Shown piece by piece: positions 46,447 through 59,411 of a stretch of 64,000 bases of DNA. Each line of letters starts with the position of its first letter. The first letter of the stretch is position 1. A program made the translations under genes and the position numbers. Under the pieces are notes generated by a model. That model was not told where the DNA came from and searched no databases. It was given only the letters and a program-made list of their open reading frames with translations. This DNA is from Macrostomum lignano (lineage: Eukaryota), in the NCBI GenBank assembly GCA_002269645.1, contig NIVC01001517.1, forward strand, positions 1 to 64,000, given 5' to 3'.

Positions 46447-48978
46447 TCAATGCAGCAGCACCCCCGGCAGCAGCTGAGCTACCTTAACCGCAGCCGTCCT
46501 GTCTTTATGATATCCCAGATGCAGGAAGTCGTGCTTGGCAAAGGCGGCCACAGACTGGTTGACAAAGCTGTCAGGCCGCTGCAAGAACCTGTCGCAGTGC
46601 TGCAGCTGCAGGGAGTTGAGCAGCAGGCGGCGAAGCAGCGGCACTCGGCACTGCCAGCGAAGTTTGGCGAGGCCCGGCGCCTCAGCGTCGAACACAGGCT
46701 GGAACAGCTCCGGCGGCGCCACCAAGATGCTTGAGGCAGCTGCGGTCAAGAACTTCCTAGCGATCGAGTCCAGGACCACTGGGCCCGTGGCGAACACCGC
46801 TCGATGTCGCTGCCAGCGGCGCCGCCAGAGACGCAGCGGGCCGCCGTGCTCAGCCCACAGCCTGGCCGGCTGGGTCAGGAAGAAGTGGCGCCAGAAACTG
46901 CGGCACGGCGCCGAGTAAATCAGCGCGTTGCTGATCAGGCTGGGCTGGCCGTACAGGAAGATGGCGTGCGGCTGCGGGTGGCGCGGGTCACCTGACTCAC
47001 CGACTGGGTCACCTGACTCACCGACTAGGTCACCTGACTCACCGACTGGGTCACCTGACTCACTGACTGGGTCACCTGACTCACTGACTGGGTCACCTGA
47101 CTCACTGACTGGGTCACCTGATTCACTGACTGGGTCACCTGACTCACTGACTGGGTCACCTGACTCACTGACTGGGTCACCTGATTCACTGACTGGGTCG
47201 CCCTGACTCACTGACTGGGTCGCCTGACTCACTGACTGGTCACCTGACTCACTGACTGGGTCACCTGACTCACTGACTGGGTCACCTGACTCACTGACTG
47301 GGTCACCTGACTCACTGACTGGGTCACCTGACTCACTAACTGGGTCACCTGACTCACTGACTGGGTCACCTGATTCACTGACTGGGTCACCCTGACTCAC
47401 TGACTGGGTCACCTGACTCACTGACTGGTCACCTGACTCACTGACTGGGTCACCTGACTCACTGACTGGGTCACCTGACTCACTGACTGGTCACCTGACT
47501 CACTGACTGGGTCACCTGACTCACTGACTGGGTCACCTGACTCACTAACTGGGTCACCTGACTCACTGACTGGGTCACCTGACTCACTAACTGGATCACC
47601 TGACTCACTGACTGGGTCACCTGACTCACTGACTGGGTCACCTGACTCACTGACTGGGTCACCTGATTCACTGACTGGGTCACCTGACACACTGACTGGG
47701 TCACCTGACTCACTGACTGGGTCACCTTGACTCACTGACTGGGTCACCTGATTCACTGACTGGGTCACCTGACACACTGACTGGGTCACCTGATTCACTG
47801 ACTGGGTCACCTGACACACTGACTGGGTCACCTGACTCACTGACTGAGTGGCTGGATTACCCATCTGTCATACAGAATGGACTGGCTGTGTCAGTGATCT
47901 GTCCTACAGAACAGCCGGCTGTGTCAGTGATCTGTCATTCAGAACGGACTGGCTGTGTCAGTGAACTGTCATACAGAATGGCCGGCTGTGTCAGTGAACT
48001 GTCATACAGAATGGCCGGCTGTGTCAGTGAACTGTCATACAGAATGGCTGACTGTGTCAGTGAACTGTCATACAGAATGGCCGGCTGTGTCAGTGAACTG
48101 TCATACAGAATGGCTGACTGTGTCAGTGAACTGTCATACAGAATGGCTGGCTGTGTCAGTGAACTGTCATACAGAATGGCCGGCTGTGTCAGTGAACTGT
48201 CATACAGAATGGCCGGCTGTGTCAGTGAACTGTCATACAGAATGGCTGACTGTGTCAGTGAACTGTCATACAGAATGGCTGACTGTGTCAGTGAACTGTC
48301 ATACAGAATGGCCGGCTGTGTCAGTGAACTGTCATACAGAATGGCTGACTGTGTCAGTGAACTGTCATACAGAATGGCCGGCTGTGTCAGTGATCTGTCA
48401 TACAGAATGGCTGGCTGTGTCAGTAACCAACAGTCAGCACAGCTCACCCGAGGCTCCTCAGTGAAGACAATGTCATGCTGGGCCATGATGGACTGTGCAG
48501 GCCTGAGTGACATGACATCAAGGTCGGCATACAGGCCTCCGAAATGGTTGAGAATGAGCAGCCGGGCCAGGTCTGAGCGCTCCACCCCGTGCGCCAGCTG
48601 TTCGTGAAAGAAGCGGCGCATCCGTGGCCCGAACTGAGCCATCAGGAAGCTGTCAATGCCCGCGTCAGTCCAGAAGTGCAGCTCGAAGTTCGGGTAGTCG
48701 CGGGCCCAGGAGCGGATGTAGTTGGCGAATGCGACTGGCACAGAGTCAGTCTGGTACATCAGGTGGATCCTACGGACCGGCAGTTCCTGATCTCGCCCGG
48801 TGCAATGAGGCGAGGCGTTCCACCTGGCTGCGAACTCTTTGTAGGGAAAGCCGTCACCTGAGAGCAGCTGAGAGGCCGGCCACATGATAAACATGAGCAG
48901 CAGCAGCACTGACATGATGATGGGGTGGCGCAGCCGGAAACTGTGCCGGCACCTGAGCAGGTGCCTCATTAGCCGCAT
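46447..48978 (-). CDS. GT32-family (DXD, Gly_transf_sug) type II membrane glycosyltransferase; exons 48978-48448 and 46971-46447
   Basis: N-terminal TM PIIMSVLLLLMFIMWPASQLL; RRIHLMYQT; YIRSWARDYPNFELHFWTD; SDLARLLILNHFGGLYADLDV. Exon 2 has SLISNALIYSAP and ATGPVVL. Phase-0 intron GTGAGC...CCGCAG. Confidence 0.85.
46985..47850. repeat. 21-bp minisatellite (CACTGACTGGGTCACCTGACT)n in the GT32 intron
   Basis: Visible. Confidence 0.96.
47875..48425. repeat. 33-bp minisatellite (GTGTCAGTGAACTGTCATACAGAATGGCCGGCT)n in the GT32 intron
   Basis: Visible. Confidence 0.96.
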
Positions 48979-49304
48979 TTTGAAACTGCGGGATTAGCCA
49001 GTGCAGCGCCATTATGCTGTGTTCAAGTGCTTGGCAGTATCGTGTTTTGCTGTGCTTTAATCCTAGTTAATTCTATTAAATTATATATTATATATCATCG
49101 GGCCAGCTGGCGTGGGGCCCAGCCAAAGTAAGTCACAAAAATGCCCACCCCAAATAATGCAAAAGTACTAATTAGATGACGAGGCATTTAGCTCTAGTCA
49201 TACAGCTATATTTACTCTTGCCGTTAACCCAAAATTACATTAGTTTTATAGGCAAGTCACATTTTTGGTCAAAAAGTAAGTTGCCTGGCTGGTGTAAAAT
49301 GGAG

Positions 49305-49360
49305 GGGGTCGTGCTGTTACGCTTCCTGTAGCCCCTTGCAGCTAAGTCAAGTAAGTCAAT
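49305..49360 (+). mobile_element. Short LINE 3'-tail remnant
   Basis: GCAGCTAAGTCAAGTAAGTCAA is identical to the 3' tail of the LINE at 56889-59411. Confidence 0.5.
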
Positions 49361-52354
49361 GGGAGGTTGTGTATGTATGTATGTAATATATCCTGGGTTT
49401 TTCTAGCATCAGAGTTGCAATGCCAGAACTTATATACCAGAGCTTCAGCTGTTGCTTAAGGAGACCAAGTTATTACTACTCATATACATGTATAGGTTAA
49501 ATCAATATCATAAAGCTTTAATTGAAAGTTATATCCTTATATGAAAAGTAGGCCCTATATAGGCCTAAAGCTTTAGATCTAGCTCAATAAGTTATATAAA
49601 GACTATTTACTGTTTATATTTATTAATTTGAAGTAACAGCTTTTAGTTTTGAACCAAAAATATTGTTTTTTAATACAAATTCAAATTTTTCAGATTTTAA
49701 CACCATTAATTGCAAAATTATAATTTTTTAAATGCAAATCAAATGCTTAAATAAAAATTCATATTATCATTTATATGGATAAATTCATTTATGAATTTAA
49801 ATCATATTGTATCTTCTAAACATTCTAGAGTTTGAAAATCTTTGATATCTGCCATGCAAAGGAAAATGGTAAAAGTTAACTTATATTAGGGACTTCAGTG
49901 AGGTTTTTAAAACTAAAAATTAGGCCATTTTTTGTACTTCATCATATAGATCCATGCTTTATGAGCATGGTGACATTTCATTTATAAAAATTGGTTGGGT
50001 ATTAAAAAAGTTATGGTACATTTTGTGCTACATTTTTTATGTTGCCTTTTCAAAGTATATTAACTTTACTTCACACTTTACTCCTTTCAATAGTTATAAG
50101 TGTAGAAAGATAGGCCCTTTTTGCCATTTTTACAATTTTGAACGGGATAATTTTGCCTCATTGAAGTCCCTACTTATATTCTGCTCTGATCCCATGTAGC
50201 ATTTGTGTATACATTTTCTTATGCATACTTTTGGACTAACTTATAGAGTTACTCAATGATAGAAACTTGTTGAGCTCAATAATATTAATATATTAGGCCC
50301 TAAACTAAAGCTTTTTTGCATTCCAATTATAAAATTCTTCCTGTCTTTTGTGTCACACCAGTTTAAAACTTAATTAACTAAATAACCAAAGATTGCGAAT
50401 ATACTACCACTAAGAGGTTTACACTGTTTACACATAATAGACATGGTGACCTGGCAGGCCACCCAGGCCTCTAACTAAAGTTAAGAACCCAAGATACGAC
50501 CCTTCGGCCTTCATCAACCCTTGGCCTTGCCTTGCGCCCTTACTACATCTTGCTTAACTAAATTTAATCAATGCATGGTTATTATAGCCAAGATGTTCTT
50601 TGACCTACTACATGTCGTCAAATATGCATGATATCCATCGACATAATCATGGTAAACGGGCGCAACCATAGCGCATATGGCATATGCTTAATGCTGCTGC
50701 ACGTGATACGAATCATCAGAGTCGAGAATCAACGAGAATCTACTGAAGTTGAAAATGTGGTAGTGACAAGTGTGACTGTTGTATTTTTTATTTTGGCGTC
50801 CATTGCATGGCCTTACCTTTTGGAAGTTTTTCGGAAGTTCCCCCATTTATCGGTCTAATCGTGGGATTTTTGTGCCCTTTACTTGTTAAATAAATCATAA
50901 AAGTTTGTTTTACTCTTTCCTATCGATAACCTGGAAACAGCGTTCCAATTCGGTAAGTCCCGCTGTTGGTCCCAGAACCTTGCCCGTGGCCGTTTATATA
51001 TACATGTAAACTCACAGTATACACCACACATAAAAATGTATACTTCTTTTTCTTTTCCCACTTTTCCTTTTGTGTTGCCACTAGTAGTATATACTATAGA
51101 AGGTGGAAACGGAACCAGCAGCGCTGTCCAGTTTTTTGACTAAACCGGTTATTTCGAATAGCCGCTAATAACGCGTTCCACACTGGCAGTTACTAGTTAC
51201 GAACCGGACGAAAATATTTTGGATTTGTTTAAAAGAATTAACTGGGATAACTTGCTGGGATGGCCTTCATGTCAGAGCATTTTGGGTGTGCCCGCGGCCA
51301 TGAAGTGTAAGTAGCAGAATACGATTCGGTCAAAATCGTTGCAAGTGTATACATGTAGATAGTAGTCGAGGTGGTGGAGTTAGCGAAGGTCCCGGAGTGA
51401 GGCAGGTATAGAGCGGGAGTGAGGTGGTCGCGGAGTGAGTTGGGCGCGCGGAGCGAGGGGTTCTCCAGCAGTTCAGTCGTGCTTGCTAAGATTCTGCATC
51501 TTCGTAGAAAATCTCAATCATTTTGCCGGCACTGAAACTTATTCAGTTAGTTAAATATAACCCACTAATTTTGTTCTGTTCGATCACGCAGTATATCTTC
51601 GCCCGCAGTTGAATGTACAAATACGTTGCGGAGATTTTGAAGGCGATTCCTCTCAAATTCAATTCGGAATCGGATCACTGGAGCACCAAGCGATACCATG
51701 CAGACTCCAAGAAGTCAGGCAGCGGCCACCGCAAATATTGGGGTGTTTATTCACAAATCTTCCGTCATAAGTTGTTTGCATCTCCACCAGTTGACTTTTC
51801 CACCAGTTTGAAACTTTTTTCTCTGAGGAGCAGAGGACTCAAAATTGCGTTTATCTGCATGTTGGTGGGGTCTCAGACACACAGTGCCCCAAACTGCTGA
51901 GGTGCCCCCCCCCGTCTAACTTTGGCATTGCATTCCAATCTCCAAATTTGTGGTTTTTGCATTCTTTTGAGTTTGAAATTAGCTTTGCTCTAAGTAGTTG
52001 AAATTATACTCGATTTCTACCGTCGAAGTTTACAATTGTCTCCTCAATATAGTTTCTGAATTCCTTAATTAATTCTATAGATTCTCATTTTTTTCTGCGA
52101 GAGTTTTCTGAAAAAATGTAAGACAATAATTACGACGCAAATTCGTGCTTCAAATTCCGCAGTGGAAACTTTGGCATTTAAAAACTGAAGCAGAATTTAA
52201 TAAATCCATTTTTCTTTGCCATTTCTCACAGAATTGGAATTTCAGCGATTCAAATCCTGAGATATACATGTAAATTGCTTCAGCTTGGAACCTTCCTAGA
52301 CAGAAGCTACTCACAGAAACAGAAGCCAGGGTACAAGAGCTTAAACTCTCAGCC

Positions 52355-54360
52355 ATGAACTTTTCTCTGCTAGTTGCTGCGGCTCTGCTGGCCGCTCTGA
52401 CGGGGTCATCGGCCAATGTTGCCGAGAAGCAGGAGAGAGGCAAGCGGATGGACCACATACTGTGCCAGGCCGGTCACCAGCTAAGTGAAGACTCGGACTT
52501 CATTTGCCAGCCCTGCAGCGCCGGCACCCATAGGGGAATAACCGTGAATTCCAAGTGCCAGAAGTGCCCGCCAGGCTCATACAGCCGCGCCGGGGCCGCC
52601 GCCTGCTCCAAGTGCTGGCCGGGCAGCTTCGCCGCCAGCTCAGGCTCCGCGAGCTGCCAGAAGTGCGCCAAGGGCTCGATGGCCGCCACGGACGGCTTGT
52701 CGAGCTGCACGCCCTGCCCTGCCGGCAGCTTCATCAGCTTCAGCGGCTCCCCAGCCTGCGTGCAGTGTCCCGCCGGCACCTCGAGCAAGGCCGGAGAAGC
52801 GGAGTGCAGCAAGTGCCAGCCGGGCCACTTCTCCCCAGCTGGAGCGGCCGCCTGCAGGCCGTGCCCGGCCGGAAGCTACTCAGCAGCGGGCGCCTCAGCT
52901 TGCACCAGCTGCCCGGCCGGAAGCTTCTCAGCTGCTGGCGCCTCGGCTTGCACCCGCTGTCCGGCCGGCCAGTTCGCCTCATCAGAAGGCAGCAAGCAGT
53001 GCAAGGCCTGCCCTCCGGGCTCCTTCTCTGACACGGCGGGGCGACTGAGTGCCAACAGTGCGATCGGATCTTCGCCCTGGCTACCAAGTCTGGCATGACT
53101 AAATGCGACCTTTGCCCCAACGGCGGCGCCACCTTTGGGGACAACCGCTGCTACAGTGAGCTCCCAGCAGTCCATCCTATTTCTTACCTCAAGCTCATAA
53201 AACCTCGAGAACCCTGAGAATAGCACTAGTGCACCAGTTACTGCTAAACTATCGGGGTTGCTACGAGCGCATATTGCGATCGTGGCCCTTGCGGTTTAGG
53301 CTACTTGGTTTATTATGATTGTTCTTGGTGAATCTAACTAGTTTGATTTTTGGTAGGTTGCTGCCACCAGGTTTTTGGTATTCCCTAATCCTAGTACTTA
53401 GATAATTAAAGACTTAGACCGGAAAACAAAGAATTTATTTACTCGAGAGATATAGTCCAACAAAACAAACTTATTAATATGCAATAGGTACTACAGATAG
53501 TTTATTAAACTGGTGCAAAAATTGATCGGCATCGACTACCGTTATGTACTGCTATGGCATCGACCACCTGTAACAGTTTTACGTACATGAATTCCACAAC
53601 TGCTATTCCCGATCTTACTTTATCATCTCCTCTACGTTAGAAATGCCTTAGACTGGCTCAAAGTCCCAAAATGTGTAACTTCTTCTTCACGAGTCTCAAC
53701 TGCTCGCTACTTAGAACAAAGCCCCAAAATCACGTTCTAATCCCATCATGAATACTTTCCCTGGCTAGAACTACTGACAGTAGCGTAAAAGCATAAATGC
53801 CCTATTATTACAATGTTAAAGAATCCTTTTTTATTTTGTTTCTTTTGATTAGGTAGGCCTATAGATTGAACACAACGGAAGGTCGAAAGTACATTTTTAA
53901 GCCTCTCTAGAACCTCACCCCCGACACCAAAACCGGAATTCCAGGAAAGTTGAACGTCTCCTGTTGGACGAGCTGGCCAGAATGCGAGCGCACAATTGAC
54001 AATGACGTGTACTCCTACGGACAGGCGCTGAACAAGAAGTTCGCCAAGCCTTCGACTCCAGTGCATGAGACGTATTTTCACTACAAATTTGATGCTCCAG
54101 TGCACTTGAGGGGCTACGTTGTCTGGGGCAAGTACGGCTGCTGCTTGAAGAGCCTCACTGATTACGAAATATATGTCATCCATGAGGGGAACCCGATATC
54201 CTGCTTCTATACTGTTGGAAAATATTATGCAGACAAATACTATGCTTCTCATGGCGGCTGCGATGTGGATGAGGTCAAGGATTTAAAAATTATTCCCAAA
54301 AAAGACGACGCAGTCAATAAAATCATCACAGTGGCTGAGGTGGCGTTCTACGTCTATTGA
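52355..54360 (+). CDS. Secreted Cys-rich protein with tandem GCC2/GCC3 (ephrin-receptor-like) repeats and a C-terminal beta-rich, possibly lectin-like domain; exons 52355-53155 and 53945-54360; 1-nt deletion at ~53040
   Basis: Signal peptide MNFSLLVAAALLAALTGSSA. About 10 C-x2-C-P-A-G-S-F/Y-S repeats. The shifted frame continues ATECQQC...KCDLCPNG...RCY into a phase-1 GTGAG...CCAG junction with exon 2 (ending VAEVAFYVY*). Confidence 0.8.
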
Positions 54361-54724
54361 CCGTGATCGGACTTGGAGAAAGAGCAGAAATAAACCACAG
54401 GAACAGCTGTTTAGCTGGGAATCCAGTTTCATTTTACTCTTTTATTGGTCCGACATTGTCCTGATACAGATTGAACATTTCAAGCAGCCCCTCACTGCAG
54501 TCAGTAAGCTGCAAAATAAGAGTCGATAGCATCAGTCATGATTAAAGTGCAAGACAGCCGCAAGATGGCCTGATGTGCTTTTACAAGGTTGAAAAGTAAA
54601 TTATTTCACAAGGTAGATACTGCGTCGAAAACTTGAATTTAGCAGCCACTTTTGCAAGGTCGAAACTTTATATAACAAGAACCAAACAGTAGTTTTCTCT
54701 AGTCTAGTAACGAATTAATCGATC

Positions 54725-54802
54725 GATCAGTCAATCAATCAATCAGTCAATGAATCAATCAATGAATCAGTCAATCAGTCAATCAGTCAATCAGTCAATC
54801 AG

Positions 54803-54853
<51 letters not shown>

Positions 54854-54905
54854 GTCAATCTCCCAACCAACCAAATAATCAATTAATCAATCAATCAATC
54901 AATCA
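54725..54905. repeat. (TCAA/TCAG)n microsatellite
   Basis: Visible. Confidence 0.9.
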
Positions 54906-54918
54906 AGCGAGCAAACAT

Positions 54919-56526
54919 TTAGGTTACAAGTGGTGCACTTGGCGAGTCTTTGTCGACGTCTTTGTCGACACTAGCGGCAGCGGCAGCACCACGCCGGTAG
55001 GACGATGGACGCCCGGGGCCGGCCTCGGTGACCTCCGTCAGGCGCGTCGGCGACTGCTGCAGGCCGATGCTCGGAAAGTGAAACGGCGCTGGGGGCAGCT
55101 CGGCGGAGCCCGCGGCGGTCGGGCTGCTGGGCTGGCAGGGGTGGCGGCCCGTCTCCGCCTTGTCAGCTGAGCGGCTCGCCTTCCGCAGGCCTACGTAGGG
55201 TGGGTTAGAAAAGTGTGACAGACAAATCGCAAAGGGACACACAAATCCCAGAGTGACACACAAATCCCAGAGTGACACACAAATCCCAGAGTGACACACA
55301 AATCCCAGAGTGACACACAAATCCCAGAGTGACACACAAATCCCAGAGTGACACACAAATCCCAGAGTGACACACAAATCCCAGAGTGACACACAAATCC
55401 CAGAGTGACACACAAATCCCAGAGTGACACACAAATCCCAGAGTGACACACAAATCCCAGAGTGACACACAAATCCCAGAGTGACACACAAATCCCAGAG
55501 TGACACACAAATCCCAGAGTGACACACAAATTCCAGAGTGACACACAAATCCCAGAGTGACACACAAATCTCAGAGTGATACACCCTAGAGTGACACACA
55601 GATCCCAGAATGACACATGCTAGAGTGACACACAATCTTGGAGTAACAGACACTGGAAGTGACAGACACAGGGAGTGACAGACACAGAGAGTGACAGACA
55701 CAGAGAGTGACAGACACAGGGAGTGACAGACACTGCGAGTGACAGACACTGCGAGTGACAGACACAGAGAGTGACAGACACAGAGAGTGACAGACACAGG
55801 GAGTGACAGACACTGCGAGTGACAGACACTGCGAGTGACAGACACAGAGAGTGACAGACACAGAGAGTGACAGACACAGGGAGTGACAGACACTGCGAGT
55901 GACAGACACTGCGAGTGACAGACACAGAGAGTGACAGACACAGAGAGTGACAGACACAGAGAGTGATAGACACTGCGAGTGACAGACACAGGGAGTGACA
56001 GACACAGGGAGTGACAGACACAGGGAGTGACAGACACTGCGAGTGACAGACACAGGGGGTGGGGATGCTCAGGTGGGGATGGGGTGCTCAGGTGGGGATG
56101 CTCAGGTGGGGATGCTCAGGTGGGGATGCTCAGGTGGGGATGCTCAGGTGGGGATGCTCAGGTGGGGATGCTCAGGTGGGGATGCTCAGGTGGGGAGGGG
56201 GTTGCTCAGGTGGGGATGGGGATGCTCAGGTGGGGATGGGGGTGCTCACCCTCATCAACCAGGGGCTCAACAGTCGGGAAGCGCTTCTTGATGGGCGCGC
56301 TGACGGTCATGAGCAGCAGCACCTCGCACAGCAGGAGGTAGCGCACGATGGTCCTGCGCAGCATCACGGTGACCTCATCGGCGCCGGGGATCAGGGTGCT
56401 GATGTAGGACATGAAGCTGCAATGGGGGATAATGACCTAGAGAGTTGAGCACTGCTCTTCGCTTATCCTACAAGTCCCCTTCACCTCACCGGTCGGGCCA
56501 GGGAATGTGCTATAGTGCAGCTGGAA
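54919..56526 (-). CDS. Partial bestrophin chloride-channel gene: exons 56526-56490 and 56416-56250, plus a possible terminal exon 55190-54919
   Basis: FQLHYSTFPWPDR (needs +1 C) | FMSYISTLIPGADEVTVMLRRTIVRYLLLCEVLLLMTVSAPIKKRFPTVEPLVDEG matches the bestrophin PWPD...LRRTLxRY...KRFP segment. N-terminal exons and the C-terminal TM region were not found. Confidence 0.72.
55225..55600. repeat. 20-bp minisatellite (GACACACAAATCCCAGAGT-type)n
   Basis: Visible. Confidence 0.93.
55650..56055. repeat. AC/AG-rich minisatellite (GTGACAGACACAGAGA-type)n
   Basis: Visible. Confidence 0.9.
56056..56245. repeat. 15-bp minisatellite (GGGGATGCTCAGGTG)n
   Basis: Visible; abuts the bestrophin donor site. Confidence 0.9.
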
Positions 56527-56661
56527 CTGCAGAGAGCAAAACTGGCTGGGTCACATTCTGCCACTGGACTGGGTTGCAAACGGCTTCGCAACATACCCGT
56601 AATGGACTTTAGCAGATAGAACGAAAAATAGAGTCCAAGCTGCTTGTTGAAAGTTCAGGCC

Positions 56662-56880
<219 letters not shown>

Positions 56881-56888
56881 GGTTGCAC

Positions 56889-59411
56889 TTGACTTACTTG
56901 ACTTAGCTGCAGGGCTATCCCGGAGGGGACACAGCGGGAAGGCGCGGGCGCCCATTCCGCTAGTCCCTGAACGGCCGACGCGTCGCTATGGACGGAGGGT
57001 TGGCGCCGCCCAGGGAGGTCCCCCAGTGTCGCCAGCAGCTATAGTGCTCTCTGGAAAGGAGAGTTCAGCCCTGCGGGTGGCCCGAAGGTAGCGCATGAGC
57101 TGATTAAAGTTTTCGGGTTTGCACGCTTCAGTAATAGATGTGTGTGGCCCGAGGTAAGTGAGTCTGGCCCGCGTGAAGGCGGGACAGATGCTGACGAAAT
57201 GCTCAGCGGTTTCGTCACCTGAGTTGCAGAAACTACAGGTGGCGTTGGTGGCGTTGCCCTGCAGGTACTGGTGCCTGGAGAAGCAGCCGTGACCAGAGAG
57301 GGTCATGGTGGCAGCCCGGATGTCTCTGCGCGAGAGGCGCAAGAGGAGCTTCCGGAGCTGGTGAGAGGGCTGAGGGACAGCGCCTCTGGATTGCCTGCAG
57401 TTCGTGCGGTTCGCCCAAGTCGAGCGGTGCTGAGTCCTGATCCACGCTTTGATGCGCGAGTCGATGACACAGCCAGGAATCGGGACAAGGGGTTCGGGGC
57501 CGAGAGAGGAGCCGGAGGCACCAACTTTTGCAAGGGTGTCAGCCAACTCATTTCCTCGGATCCCCACATGCCCCGGAACCCACTTAAAGGTAATTTTGTT
57601 GGCGGAACCCAACACGTTGAGGAGTTTGATACAGTCGAGGACTGTAGCAGAGTTGGTGCTGCAGCCACTGATGGCGTGCAAGGCAGCTTGGCTGTCCGAA
57701 TGGAAAATGATGTTCTTACCAGTAACGCCAGTGGCGAGAAGCTCTGCAGTGCAGGAGCTGATGGCCAGAACTTCATTTTGGAAAACACTGGAGTTGACCC
57801 CAGTGTATTGAGCGTGGGTAGCGATGACCCTCCCGTTCAGAAAGATTCCAACACCAAAGCCGGTGTTGGCTGACTGCTTAGAACCGTCGGTGTAGCAATG
57901 AAGCTCACCAGGGTTCCATTGGTCATTGATGTTATCGCGCGAGTCGATAGCTACGGAGTAGCGCTGTCTCAGGTTGAGCGTTGAGGCAATGCCATCGGTG
58001 AAGACGCGATTGGCCTGACACTCGTTGAGAAAGTTGAGGCACAGATCGCTATGCGGGACAAGGTTCCGCTTAGCAGGTGCTCTCATGTAAATGAATTTGA
58101 CGCCGGCATCAATTAGACGCCGCGTCGTTCTAGCCGCCTCACCCCTGATGAAGAGGTCAAGAGGCGGAAGATTAAGGAAGGCCCCCATGCCAGCAAAGGG
58201 CGTGGACCTGGTGGCGTTGCAGATGAGCCTACACGCTCTGCCTTGGATCGTGTTGAGCAGGTCTGCATGGCTTTTGACCTGGGTAGCGCTAACCCAGACA
58301 ACAGAGGCGTACGTAATGGCAGGTCTAACTACGGAAGTGTAGATCCACCAAAGCCGCTTTGGGGATAGACCCCAAGAAGTGCCAAGTGCTCGTCGGAGCT
58401 GGGCCAGGATGGCTGAGGCACGCTTGGCTTTTGCTTTCACGTGGGAGGACCAGTTGAGCCGGTGGTCAAGTATGACCCCGAGACATCTGGTCTGGTGCGC
58501 GAAGGCAATATCTCTGCCGTAGAGCTGCAGAGGACGTATGTTCCAGCGTAGTCTGCTGGTAAACATAATGGCAACGGTTTTGGGCTCAGAGAGTTCCAGA
58601 CCATTGTCATTGGCCCAGGATTCTGCTTTGCGGATAAAGCTCTGCATCAGATCCCTGAGCGTGCTGGGAGACGGTCCTGCCACAATGGCCGTGACGTCAT
58701 CAGCATACCCGACTTTGAAGACGGGGTCGGGTCGGGAGTCACTCAAAAGAGCGTCCATGACCAGGTTCCAGAGCGTCGGGGTGAGGACTCCGCCTTGGGG
58801 TCCACCCTTACAGACTCTGGTGGAGGCAATTTGCCCAAGAAGTTGGGCAGTGACCGTACGGTTGGAGATCATGTACATGATCCACCGTATGAGGGTAGCA
58901 TGAGCTTTGCGATTTTGAAGGGCCCTCTGAAACGCTTCAAAGATAACGTTGTCGAAGGCGCCAACAATGTCAAGAAAGAGAGCCAGAGCGTAACCGTCAC
59001 CCAGTACCGCCCTTTCAATCTTCTCGACAATCGCATGCAGGGCGCTGTCAGTCGACCTCCCGGTACGGAAGGCGTGCTGATTATTGCTGAGGGGCATCGC
59101 TGTCAGCTCGCAGGACAGCAGCCGCCAGAGAATAAGCCTCTCAGTGAGCTTAAGCATTGCTAACGTTAAGCTAATAGGCCGGAAGGCCTTGACGCTTTGG
59201 TAGTCACCCTTCCCAGGTTTGGGAATAAAGACTACCCGAGCTTCAGTCCAGCATTTGGGAACGTATCCCAGCTGGATAGAGGCCCACATAAGATTGCGGG
59301 TGAGTCTCAGGAACGAGGGTATCTTGGCTGCTTCACGAAGGAGAACAGGGTAGATACCATCAGGTCCAGGAGATTTGAAGGGTTTGAAGGTTCTGACCGC
59401 ACGAGCGACCG
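56889..59411 (-). mobile_element. 5'-truncated non-LTR retrotransposon (R1/LOA/I-group type) with RT, RNase H and CCHC domains; 10-bp TSD
   Basis: Intact 811-aa frame: KSPGPDGI, FRPISL, QHAFRTGRST, FLDIVGAFD, PQGGVLTPTLWN, YADD; RNase H YTDGSK...WVPGHVGIRGNELAD; CSFC...ETAEHFVSIC. TSD CAGGTTGCAC at 56879-56888 and 59412-59421. Tail (AAGTC/AAGT) repeats. No endonuclease domain. Confidence 0.93.

Noticed and set aside
50460-51490. Degraded ORF or complemented block
   Set aside because: All readings tested have frequent stops. The YTTSGNTKG resemblance to an AMP-binding loop is too short to call.
53170-53740. Possible complemented intronic segment
   Set aside because: Composition is ambiguous, and no ORF or splice evidence appears in any of the readings tested.
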